Below are positions 1 through 8,800 of a stretch of DNA of 34,726 nucleotides, one piece after another. A program made the position numbers and the translations under genes. Position 1 is the first letter of the stretch, and each line of letters starts with the position of its first letter. A model generated the notes under the pieces. That model was not told the DNA's origin. It saw only the letters and a program-made list of their open reading frames with translations, and made no database searches. This stretch comes from Candidatus Daviesbacteria bacterium (GTDB lineage Bacteria > Patescibacteriota > Microgenomatia > Daviesbacterales > UBA10151): the NCBI GenBank assembly GCA_016187035.1, contig JACPKL010000001.1, forward strand, positions 144,607 to 179,332. The letters are read 5' to 3'.

Positions 1-638
1 GGAGTAAACTGTGCCAAAAGATCGGCGCTTGGGGAACGGCGCAGCCTTCGCAGAGCTCTTGCTTCAAGCTGGCTAATGCGCCCTCTTGAAACACCAAATA
101 AAGAGGCAACCTGTTGCAGGCTTTGGGGGATGCCGTCATATAAACCATAGCGGTAGATTAAAAGATCGCCTTCTCTTTGGGGTATTTTGCCAACCTGTTC
201 TTCTACTGTGTGGGTAAATTCCTGCTCCAGAGCAGGCGGGAAAGGAATAGGAGAGTAATTGTTGTCTTCAAACACCATCTTAACTAGCCGGACATGCGGG
301 GTCATAGTCAACTCCTCAGCCACATAACTGGCTAATCCATTGGCAAAGCGCTCACTAAAGGTGGGTGGGGTTAGATCATCATAAGGCAGACAGAGCACCT
401 CTTCTACACTCTTAAATCCGCGTTTTGCTGCCTCTTGCCAAATTCCTGCCTCATGCAGGCCCCGAGGAACTTGTTTAAAGATAGTGACAGGCCGCCTTCT
501 GCCTGCTAAAAGATCATGATAGTTGAAAAACAAGACATATCCAATGCTGTCTGGCTGAAAATTAAAATCTTGAGGGTGATCAAGCAGGGCCTGCTCAGGT
601 TTATCAGGTCTTATCAGTCTCTGCTCTGCGCTTGCCAT
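1..638 (-). CDS. Sigma-70 region 4 (HTH) domain protein, runs off the left edge
   Basis: Manual translation from ATG at 638 is open to the edge and ends ...REGDLLIYRYGLYDGIPQSLQQVASLFGVSRGRISQLEARALRRLRRSP, a typical RpoD-like region 4; not in the ORF track because no stop is in the window. Confidence 0.75.
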   Translation of the reverse strand, partial: MASAEQRLIRPDKPEQALLDHPQDFNFQPDSIGYVLFFNYHDLLAGRRRPVTIFKQVPRGLHEAGIWQEAAKRGFKSVEEVLCLPYDDLTPPTFSERFANGLASYVAEELTMTPHVRLVKMVFEDNNYSPIPFPPALEQEFTHTVEEQVGKIPQREGDLLIYRYGLYDGIPQSLQQVASLFGVSRGRISQLEARALRRLRRSPSADLLAQFT

Positions 639-722
639 TGGATGAGGATTATAACATAATATCAGCCCATACAACCTGGCGACTTGAACATAAGATAGGC
701 TTTGTGGTAAATTACCAGGATC

Positions 723-1481
723 ATGGATAGATTGTCATTAAATGCTGAGGAAAGAAAAGTCTTAGGTAAAAAAGTTAAGGCCTTAAGAAAAAGAGGCAGC
801 TTGCCAGGCCATGTGTTTGGCAAAGGTGTTGATGGGGAAAATGTGCTCCTTTCTACAAAAGACTTTTTAAAAATCTTTCATCAGGCAGGGGAGACAGGCT
901 TGATTGATTTAAAAATTGGATCTGAGAAAGTTAGGCCGGTGCTTATAAGGGAGGTTCAGCATGATCCTGTTACCAATCAACCTATCCATATAGATTTTTA
1001 CCAGGTTAATTTAACCCAGAAAGTTACAGTGGCTGTGCCTATTGTTCAAATAGGAGACTCACCTGAAGCAGTTAACTTAGGCGAGGCTATTGTTTTACAA
1101 ACCTTAAATGAGATAGAGGTGGAAAGCTTACCAGCTGATTTGCCGGAGAAAATAGAAGTGGATATTACACCGCTTAAAGCAATTGACGATGCTGTTAGCT
1201 TAGGGCAGTTAAGCTATGACAGGAAAAAAATTACTATCAGTGCTGATCCGGCAGAGATTGTAGTTAAACTTGCTCCGGCTGTTTCTGCCCAAATGGAGAA
1301 GTTAATGGAGGAGCAGGCTCAAGAACAGGCTGCTCAAGCAGCTGAGGCCCAAGCAGCAGAAGGCGCTCCTAAAGAAGGTGAGGCTCCAGCTGAGGGTGAA
1401 GCGCCAACAGAAGGTGAGGCTCCAAAAGAAGGGGAACAACCGGTTCCCCAAGCAAAAGAAGAAGAAAAACCCCAAGAATAA
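723..1481 (+). CDS. rplY: 50S ribosomal protein L25 / general stress protein Ctc
   Basis: VLGKKVKALRKRGSLPGHVFG, EVQHDPVTNQPIHIDFYQV, C-terminal TL5 domain and acidic Ala/Glu/Pro tail. Confidence 0.95.
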   Translation: MDRLSLNAEERKVLGKKVKALRKRGSLPGHVFGKGVDGENVLLSTKDFLKIFHQAGETGLIDLKIGSEKVRPVLIREVQHDPVTNQPIHIDFYQVNLTQKVTVAVPIVQIGDSPEAVNLGEAIVLQTLNEIEVESLPADLPEKIEVDITPLKAIDDAVSLGQLSYDRKKITISADPAEIVVKLAPAVSAQMEKLMEEQAQEQAAQAAEAQAAEGAPKEGEAPAEGEAPTEGEAPKEGEQPVPQAKEEEKPQE

Positions 1482-1734
1482 GGACCTGCTCCGCACTTCA
1501 GTAGGAGAAATTATACTTCGTGCTCGCAGAACCTTGCCTTTTTGACTTCGTCAAAAACGTAATTGCGGTGTATTTGCGGGAAATTTGCGTTAATCCATGC
1601 CTAGACTCTTTTTTTGGCTAAATCGGAAAAGTACTGGTTTATCAGTTTAAGTGATTGGTCGTTCATTGGGTTGAGTGTAATATAGAAAGGTCAATTTATC
1701 AATTAATTTCTTTGTAGGATATAATATCGCTGTT

Positions 1735-2278
1735 ATGGATACCAGAAATGAGACAGAGCCAAAACCTACTCTGCCTACTGTTAATGTTACCATTGGTTTT
1801 ACTCCGGAGTCTGCTGTAGAGCGGGCTCATCAGCAGGGACAAGTTAGGTTGATTCGTTCTGTTTTTTCACTTTTTAAAGAGCGTACTCATATGGGTGATG
1901 TTCTAGCATATGCGGAGCATTTACAGTCAAGAATGCAGTTAAGTGAGCAGGATCTTGATCGGATTTTAATGCAACGGAAACCCCAGACGATTGACGAGCA
2001 AGAATATCTTTTGGTCAGTGACCTTAGGAAAATCTACCAGCGTTACCAGGATCTGGCTTACCTTTTATGCTGCCAAAAAACCGTTGCTTAATCTGCATGA
2101 AGCAGGAAAGTTATTACCACGGACGTGGTGGGATGAATGTCGGTATTATGAACTCGAGCGTCTTGAATTATTTGGTGGGTTCTTTAAAACTTTTGGGTCA
2201 TATAGTGAGGATTATAAGCATGATGATCTCTACAAATACTTTGTTCAAATTGGAAGATCTAGTCCTGATGATGCCTGA
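1735..2278 (+). pseudogene. Hypothetical protein, apparently split by a frameshift near 2050-2090
   Basis: Overlapping ORFs 1735-2091 and 1991-2278 in different frames; no recognisable family. Confidence 0.35.
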
Positions 2279-2334
2279 CTTCTGAAACTTCTGGCCATTC
2301 AGTCGTTGTATGGTTTGTGATGTAGTTTGAACGG

Positions 2335-2363
2335 TTGTAAATTTTATCTAAATTTGGTAATAT
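2335..2363 (+). promoter_or_regulatory. Sigma70 promoter for a small RNA convergent with the DUF3800-like gene
   Basis: TTGTAA-17 bp-TAATAT with TG extended -10; no ORF follows. Confidence 0.6.
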
Positions 2364-2369
2364 ATACCC

Positions 2370-2489
2370 AAAGTGCAGCCGAAGACTGGTCGTATAGGCG
2401 AGCTGTCCTGAGAGGGAGAAAGTCTAAATGACTTTCGAGTCGAAGGAAGTAGGCTGTTTCCCCCTCATAAGAGGGGGTTTTCTTTTTTT
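2370..2489 (+). ncRNA. Putative structured small RNA (~120 nt) paired with the DUF3800-like gene
   Basis: GC-richer island between promoter and terminator; GCAGCC/GGCTGT closing stem, internal hairpin GAAAGTC..GACTTTC. Confidence 0.6.
2460..2489 (+). terminator. Intrinsic terminator
   Basis: CCCCCTC-ATAA-GAGGGGG hairpin followed by TTTTCTTTTTT. Confidence 0.75.
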
Positions 2490-3075
2490 AGACTTCAATT
2501 AAAACATCTTCCTTAACAGCTTTTTTATATAGTTTAGTTAATCTTTCATCCCTTTCGCTTTTAGGTTTTTCTTCTAAAATATCCCTGACAAATCCACAAA
2601 CACTATCTGCTAGTCTTATCAGGGTGTTACTTTCTTCTCTTCTTATTCCCTTTACCTGTCTTGAAGGAATACCTAGCTTGTGAAGCTCTGAACCATAAAA
2701 CCTTCTATCTTTTTCTCCCAGTGCATCAACCGAGATGATAAACTTATGGTTTTTAAAATCTTTAATAGAGTGTACTGCCTTAAAAATAGTCAGAATTGTT
2801 AGTGCTTTATATTCTTTAGTGTTTCCATAAAAAGAGAAATAAATTTTTAACGGATGTTTCCTTTGACTAAGGATTGTTTCTATGTAGGCAAATCTTTTAT
2901 TAGGGTCAGCTTTACCCCATTTAAATTTTTCTTTACCACTTTGTACTTCAACTTTCTCAAGGTATTCCAATACCTCATCTTTGTTTTCTGGAATGACCAC
3001 GGTAACCACAAAAATATCACCTAGAGTATCTTGTCCTGTTTCATCAACATAGCAGTAGAACCTTTTTGGAGGCAT
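2488..3075 (-). CDS. DUF3800-family RNase H-fold protein
   Basis: N-terminal YVDETG, central ISVD, C-terminal LIRLADSVCG acidic motifs. Confidence 0.75.
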   Translation of the reverse strand: MPPKRFYCYVDETGQDTLGDIFVVTVVIPENKDEVLEYLEKVEVQSGKEKFKWGKADPNKRFAYIETILSQRKHPLKIYFSFYGNTKEYKALTILTIFKAVHSIKDFKNHKFIISVDALGEKDRRFYGSELHKLGIPSRQVKGIRREESNTLIRLADSVCGFVRDILEEKPKSERDERLTKLYKKAVKEDVLIEV

Positions 3076-3092
3076 AAAGAAATTGTAACAAA

Positions 3093-5318
3093 CTAGCTGT
3101 TACTTATTAATGGCCAGTTGGTGATCATAATGGACTGCCCTTGATGGGGTAGCTTTTGCCAGAGCTCTTCAGTTATAAAAGGCATAAATGGGTGAAGAAG
3201 CTCCAGGGAGGTTCTAAAAACATATTCCAAAACAGGCTGGGCCTGCGCACGTCTTTCTTTGGTTGACTCAATATAAATATCTGCAAACTGGTGCCAGATA
3301 AATTCATAAAGAGCCTCAGCCCCGTCATGGAATCTGTATTGGTCAAGGGATTTGGTGACAGTTACGATGACTTTATCTAATTTCTCTAGTATTTCTCTGT
3401 CTTCAGGATAGGTTGATTTTCGGAATGACTCAGAATGACTCGGTGTTCCGGAATTCCGGTTTATCAGACTATCTGATCTACTGGTTTTCTGAGTTGTTCC
3501 GAGTTTTTCTGGATTGAATTCAATAATAAATCTGCCAATATTCCAGAGCTTATTGGTAAAATTTCTCATAGCCTGAAGTTTAGGATGAGACAGCGCCTGG
3601 TCATGGCCAAAAGCAGTCCCATAAACTAAAGCCATCCTGATGGCATCTGCTCCGTAAAGGTCTGCTATTTCCATTGGATTTACCACATTGCCCTTGGATT
3701 TGCTCATTTTTTGGCCCAGCGGGTCTAAAACTTTACCGTGCAGCAGGATATCTTTAAAAGGAGCCTTGCCTGTTACAAAAAGGCCCAGCATTACCATCCT
3801 GGCTACCCAAAATAGCAAAATGTCATACATTGTTTCCATTACCGAAGTTGGGTAGAATTTTTCAAAATCACCTGGTTGGTTTGTCTGAAGTGTTACATAA
3901 GGCCATTGTCCTGAAGAAAACCAGGTATCAAATACATCAGGGTCCTGCTCCAAAGAAGTGCTTTTGCAGTTTGGGCATTTTGTTGGAACTTCCCCTGCAG
4001 TAACAATCCAGCCATAATTGTTAGATTGTTTCATTGTTTCATTGTTCACTTTTGACTTTTGACTTTTGACTTTACTGCATTCCATGCAGTGCCAGGCAGG
4101 TATTTGCATACCCCAGACTATTTGGCGGGAGATATTCCAATCTTTAATGTTACTGAGCCAATTAAAATAAGTACTTTCCCACCTTTTAGGATAAACCTTA
4201 ATCTGGCCATCTTTAACTGCTTTGATGGCTTGTTTAGAAAGATCCTCTATTTTAATAAACCACTGCTGAAGAGGTAATGGTTCTATTTCTGTGCCGCATT
4301 TATAACAAACAGCCACCCTGTTTTGATAATCATAATCCACTTTTTCTATCAGGTTCTTTTGCTCCATTTCTTGGGCAATAGCAACTCTTGCTTCTTTGAC
4401 GCTCAACCCGGCAAACTTACCACACTTTTCATTCAATCTGCCGTCATAACCAATCACTTGTCTGATTTCTAAATTATGCCTTTGGCCGATTTCAAAATCG
4501 GCCGCAGAATGAGCTGGAGTTACTTTAATAACCCCAGTGCCAAACTGTCTGTCTACTGCCTCATCAGCCACAACTTTAATTTTGGCAGGTCCTAACACTG
4601 TTTCTATGTTAATTTCTTTGCCTATATATTTTTGGTATCTTTGATCTTTAGGATGGACTGCGCAAGCAGTATCACCAAATTTAGTCTCAAGCCTGACTGT
4701 AGCTAAAGTTAAAGGCCCATATTTAATGTAGTAGAGAGGCGTTTTTCGCTCCTCATATAAAACTTCTAAATCAGAAAATGAAGTGCCATGTTTAGTGCAA
4801 TAATTAACAATTCTATTGCCTCTATAAATTAGACCTTGATCAAACATTTTTTTAAAGGTTTTATAAACTATCTTGATAATGTCCTGCTCAAGGGTAAACT
4901 TCATTCTTGACCAGTCTAAAGAAAAGCCCAGTCTTCTCAGCTGTCCTTCCATGGTACCCTTATTCTCCTGTACAAAATCCCAGATCATCTGATATAAGGT
5001 TTGTCTGTCAAAGTCAAAACGGGATTTGCCCTCCTTTGCCAATTCTTTTTCAAAAACTACCTGTGTTTCAAAACCGGCATGGTCAGAGCCGGGCAGCCAT
5101 AAGCAAGCCTTACCTTTCATCCGGTGGTACCTGATCAAAATGTCTTCTACCACATACATGGCATGGCCAAAATGCAAAGGAGCATTGGCATTAGGCGGGG
5201 GAAGGATAATAGTGTAGGGTTCACCCTCAGGGTTTATCTCAGGCTTAAAATATCCCTTTTCCTCCCAAAACTGATACCATTTGCTTTCAACCAGATCTTG
5301 TCTATAAACTTTATCCAT
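3093..5318 (-). CDS. valS: Valine--tRNA ligase (short form without C-terminal coiled coil)
   Basis: PPPNANAPLHFGHA (HIGH), KMSKSKGN, DWNISRQIVWG, DPDVFDTWFSS, LLHPFMPFITEELW. Confidence 0.96.
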   Translation of the reverse strand: MDKVYRQDLVESKWYQFWEEKGYFKPEINPEGEPYTIILPPPNANAPLHFGHAMYVVEDILIRYHRMKGKACLWLPGSDHAGFETQVVFEKELAKEGKSRFDFDRQTLYQMIWDFVQENKGTMEGQLRRLGFSLDWSRMKFTLEQDIIKIVYKTFKKMFDQGLIYRGNRIVNYCTKHGTSFSDLEVLYEERKTPLYYIKYGPLTLATVRLETKFGDTACAVHPKDQRYQKYIGKEINIETVLGPAKIKVVADEAVDRQFGTGVIKVTPAHSAADFEIGQRHNLEIRQVIGYDGRLNEKCGKFAGLSVKEARVAIAQEMEQKNLIEKVDYDYQNRVAVCYKCGTEIEPLPLQQWFIKIEDLSKQAIKAVKDGQIKVYPKRWESTYFNWLSNIKDWNISRQIVWGMQIPAWHCMECSKVKSQKSKVNNETMKQSNNYGWIVTAGEVPTKCPNCKSTSLEQDPDVFDTWFSSGQWPYVTLQTNQPGDFEKFYPTSVMETMYDILLFWVARMVMLGLFVTGKAPFKDILLHGKVLDPLGQKMSKSKGNVVNPMEIADLYGADAIRMALVYGTAFGHDQALSHPKLQAMRNFTNKLWNIGRFIIEFNPEKLGTTQKTSRSDSLINRNSGTPSHSESFRKSTYPEDREILEKLDKVIVTVTKSLDQYRFHDGAEALYEFIWHQFADIYIESTKERRAQAQPVLEYVFRTSLELLHPFMPFITEELWQKLPHQGQSIMITNWPLISNS
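4021..4076. repeat. In-frame short tandem repeats (8-mer ATTGTTTC, 7-mer TTTTGAC) inside valS
   Basis: Encodes insertion KVKSQKSKVNNETMKQSNN between the CxxC pairs. Confidence 0.7.
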
Positions 5319-5480
5319 GCGTTTAGTATATCAGAGATAGGTTTGGATCTGCCTGTAGAAATAAAGGATTAGCAATAGGCTTGGCAACTAAATTCCAACC
5401 CCTGGGGTTAAACAGCTTCAAACCCCAGGAATTTAAAATTTAATATTTATATTGCAAGGGGTACTTCACCTTCTCAAATC

Positions 5481-5819
5481 TTATATTTCTTCTCGCCAGC
5501 ATACTGCATATCTGGAAATTTTGCAAGACATCCTGACTTTATCCTCCCAAATGTTAAAATGCGCCTTGTATAACTGATATGCAGAAATAGCACTTATTTC
5601 TTTAAGGTAATCTATGGCATCCAATCTGTCCTGGCAGTACCTTTCTTTAGAAAATGGAGTATCTTCAGGAAAAAGTTCGGGAAACCGAAGTCTGGATGGA
5701 AACAAATCAATTGTTATGTCATTTGTAGCAGAGAGTTGAAGTTTATCCTGTATATCAAGTAGTACATCATAAACCTTTAAAAAATTTAATCCTTCTAGTT
5801 TAATCTTCATCTTAATCAT
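5481..5819 (-). CDS. Hypothetical protein, possibly truncated
   Basis: 112-aa ORF, no motif recognised. Confidence 0.4.
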   Translation of the reverse strand: MIKMKIKLEGLNFLKVYDVLLDIQDKLQLSATNDITIDLFPSRLRFPELFPEDTPFSKERYCQDRLDAIDYLKEISAISAYQLYKAHFNIWEDKVRMSCKISRYAVCWREEI

Positions 5820-5922
5820 TAAGAAATTTTACACTAGAAAAACTTATGCTTCAAGTGAAACTGGAGCCCTTGTGATGAACAACTGAACAGATGTATAATT
5901 TTGTGTAAGTTAATTTGAACTT

Positions 5923-6060
5923 ATGACTAAGGAAATTAAGCTCATCAGGATTCGTGAAGCTGCTGAGATGTTGGGGATTAATCCAGAGACTTTGAGACGT
6001 TGGGATCGTCAAGGGAGATTAAAGGCAATCAAGATTGGTAAAAGAGGTGACAGATCTTAA
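5923..6060 (+). CDS. Small MerR/excisionase-type HTH protein, likely truncated next to the IS end
   Basis: Manual translation MTKEIKLIRIREAAEMLGINPETLRRWDRQGRLKAIKIGKRGDRS*. Confidence 0.7.
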   Translation: MTKEIKLIRIREAAEMLGINPETLRRWDRQGRLKAIKIGKRGDRS

Positions 6061-6280
6061 AAAGTGTATAGTATGTCCTGGACACCGTACATTTAAAATT
6101 TCCCAGATTTAACAAAATTAATCTTACTTCACTTGAGTTTGATACAAGGCTTAGGAAACCACACAAATTAAGGGAAATGACAACTCCAAAAGAAGTTATT
6201 GATCTTATCTGCCAGATTAGGGTTGCTGATCTGGAAAATCAAAGTATGAAATTCAGGCTGAGTTAAAGGATTTACATGGA

Positions 6281-6520
6281 GTGAAGATTGGCTACAATAC
6301 CATCCAAAAGGTCATTAACAGAAGTTCAAGGCTTTTAAATACCTTTCACAAGAAGAAACCTAAAGCTCACAGGAAACTCAAGATTGCCAGGCTTAGAGCA
6401 GCCAAAGAATTAAAAGAAAAACATTTAGGCAGCTTAGTTCAGATTGATACTAAATATCTTTATATTCTAACTTCCAGGTTTTATTTATTTGTAGCCATTG
6501 ACTTACAGTATAATGATTAA
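6281..6520 (+). pseudogene. IS481-like transposase fragment
   Basis: GSLVQIDTKYL...FVAID (first D of DDE) followed by a premature end. Confidence 0.7.
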
Positions 6521-7791
6521 ATATTAATTAAATGGGTAAAAATGATAAAGTATAATGATCTAAGTCATGGATACCAAACAAAAACTCATTGAAATTGCAA
6601 GGCGCTATGCAGATACAATCACCCAGGAATTTACTAAGGTAAATAAAGAAAATATTAAACTTAATATTTATATTTCTGGCTCTGTAAGTTATGGGTATTG
6701 TGATGAAAAATCTGATATAGAAATTGAATTTTATTTGCCTGATAAGATAAAGAAAGAATTCAAAGACAAACTAAAAAAAGTTATAGATGAGTATCCTAAA
6801 TTCGAAGATATTCGAATCAGTGCTGGAGTTTCAGATTGGCCTTTAGAAAAAATTGTCCATGGGGATATAGATGATTTTTGGAATCAGTCATTTCCTTATT
6901 TATTGTATGAACTAGCTCATGCAACCCCGATTAGAGAAGATCTACCATTAATTAATGAGGTTAAAAATAAGTTACCTTTTTATCCCGATAATACACTTCA
7001 AAAAATAATTAAGGGTCTTTGGTTAACCGTCGGCGATAATGGAACATACAATGCTGATTGGAGTTTCAAAAGAGGGCAGCTTACTGCCTCTGAGATTTTT
7101 TTATTTCTTTCAGTTGAAGCTATACTAAGACTTGTTTACCTACTGAATAAAAAGTACTTTCCACATACAAAATGGCTTGAGAAAGAACTACATACACTAG
7201 ATAATGATTTTGGTTTAATAGAATTTACCCAAAATATAGAAAAAAAGAGCCTAGAAGAAAAACTTGAAGCACATAAACAGATAGTTAGAAAGCTAGACCA
7301 ATTTATGAGTGAGAATGATATTTTGAGGCAGGATTTAATTAATGATCCCTGGAGTGTTGTACATGAAGATTATTATGTTTTTAACCCAATGAGATTTGGA
7401 TGGGATGAATTAAAGCACTAGCAATAAAGAACTAAAATGTTATTAAAATTAAGAGGATTCGATAAGTTCGGGAAATACTGTGTAAAATTCTGTCCCCAAT
7501 TTCCCATAGAAATCAAAAATGTCTAATTCTCCATTATTATGTGCTGTATCTAGGCCGCGATACATCCAGAACGGTTTAACTAACTATTAAAGGTTCATAT
7601 AATGGCTGCTACATGCGCAGCTTTAAAATACTTCCGGTAGAGATGAAGGTTAGAGATTTTAATCTGTCTAAAGATGCATTAAAAAGGCTTGCCTGGATGG
7701 ATTGGTATTTTACTCATGGAAAGAATGCAGATTGATACTAAATATCTTTATATTCTAACTTCCAGGTTTTATTTATTTGTAGCTATTGACT
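6440..7791 (+). repeat. 64-bp direct repeat (6440-6503 and 7728-7791, one mismatch)
   Basis: CAGATTGATACTAAATATC...GTAGCYATTGACT occurs twice, bracketing the nucleotidyltransferase. Confidence 0.85.
6567..7421 (+). CDS. Pol-beta superfamily nucleotidyltransferase with C-terminal helical (DUF4037-like) domain
   Basis: IYISGSVSYGYCDEKSDIEI motif; LVYLLNKKYFPHTKWL; AT-rich. Confidence 0.75.
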   Translation: MDTKQKLIEIARRYADTITQEFTKVNKENIKLNIYISGSVSYGYCDEKSDIEIEFYLPDKIKKEFKDKLKKVIDEYPKFEDIRISAGVSDWPLEKIVHGDIDDFWNQSFPYLLYELAHATPIREDLPLINEVKNKLPFYPDNTLQKIIKGLWLTVGDNGTYNADWSFKRGQLTASEIFLFLSVEAILRLVYLLNKKYFPHTKWLEKELHTLDNDFGLIEFTQNIEKKSLEEKLEAHKQIVRKLDQFMSENDILRQDLINDPWSVVHEDYYVFNPMRFGWDELKH

Positions 7792-8219
7792 GCAAGAGCA
7801 GGTTTGCTTACACACAAGCTTACAAGACTATTTCCAGCTCTTCTGCAGCTGATTTTCTAGGAAAGGTCATTGATTACTTCCCATTTCCTATTGAAGCTAT
7901 TAATACTGACAATGGCAGTGAGTATTTACTTAACTTTCACAAGCTGACAACAAAGCTTAATATCCCACATTACTTTTCTCATCCTCATACTCCCAAAGAA
8001 AACTCCAGAGCCGAGAGGCTTATTCAAACAGTTGAATATGAGTTCTTCAACTACCAGGAAGATCTTTTGAATGATGATTTAGAAGAAGTTAACAGAAGGT
8101 GTGACATCTTCAATGAAAAGTACAACCAGAAAAGATACCACCACTCCTTGCATTACCAGACTCCCTCAGCTTATATTAAAAGTTATCTTGAGAAAGGAGG
8201 ACAACCGTTCTCTATCTAG
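7689..8219 (+). pseudogene. IS481-like transposase catalytic (rve) fragment
   Basis: QIDTK, INTDNGSEY, PKENSRAER, YNQKRYHHSLHYQTP. Confidence 0.85.
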
Positions 8220-8236
8220 GTGGCCAAGACAAAAAT

Positions 8237-8266
8237 TTGACAAATAAGGAATGACTTTGGTATAGT
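8237..8266 (+). promoter_or_regulatory. Sigma70 promoter for a second convergent small RNA
   Basis: TTGACA-18 bp-TATAGT with TG extended -10. Confidence 0.65.
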
Positions 8267-8271
8267 ATGGA

Positions 8272-8373
8272 TGCTTGAAAACGTCCGTATGGTCGCTGTT
8301 ACCGAAAGGTAAATAGAGCCAGCCAGCCACTTAACAATGCTGGGTTGCCAGGTCTAGACAGCCTGGTTTTTTT
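8272..8373 (+). ncRNA. Putative structured small RNA (~100 nt) with terminator, convergent with a DUF3800-like fragment
   Basis: TTACC-GAAA-GGTAA GNRA hairpin, CCAGC..GCTGG stem, CCAGG..CCTGG hairpin plus T7. Confidence 0.6.
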
Positions 8374-8800
8374 ATGCTTCAGTTACCATACCTGCCTTCT
8401 CAAAGCGTTTCATAAACTGCTTGGTATATTCTTCTCCCTCATAAACCTCCCGCAAGAAGCCGGCCATTGCATCAGATAGCCTGAGAAAAATACTTTGTTC
8501 GTCTTTCATACCTCGAATTTTCCTATACTTTATCTTGAGTTTCTTCAATTCCTCCCTTACAACGTCTCTTTCTTTATTGTTCAGACCGTCAATAATGACC
8601 GTAACAGTGTAATTTGTGCTTTCTTTCGCCAAAACAGCTTTAGCAATGGTAAATGAGGTTAATTTGGAGTATTCCTTTGAAGCCTGATACGTTGCATAGA
8701 AAATAGCGTTTTTAAGCTCTTTGACCTGGATTAACTCCTCAACTAAATTCCAACCCCTGGGGTGCTTCAACCTTCGAGGTTGCAGGCTAATATTAAGCAA
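8372..8800 (-). pseudogene. DUF3800-family protein, N-terminally truncated
   Basis: VIIDG and IRGMKDEQSIFLRLSDAMAGFLR resemble 2488-3075; the first DExG motif is missing and replaced by palindromic repeat sequence at ~8741-8790. Confidence 0.65.

Larger units (their letters stand above)
6074..8231 (+). mobile_element. Degenerate IS481-like element(s) flanking a nucleotidyltransferase gene
   Basis: Imperfect terminal inverted repeats TGTCCTGGACACC (6074-6086) / GGTGGCCAAGACA (8219-8231), TGT...ACA ends, rve integrase fragments inside. Confidence 0.65.

Noticed and set aside
1482-1600. Hairpin TTTTTGAC-TTC-GTCAAAAA and TTGCG repeats after rplY as an RNA gene
   Set aside because: No promoter-terminator unit or family resemblance; at most a terminator or repeat remnant
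4059-5372. Plus-strand ORFs overlapping valS
   Set aside because: Antisense shadows of a well-supported gene
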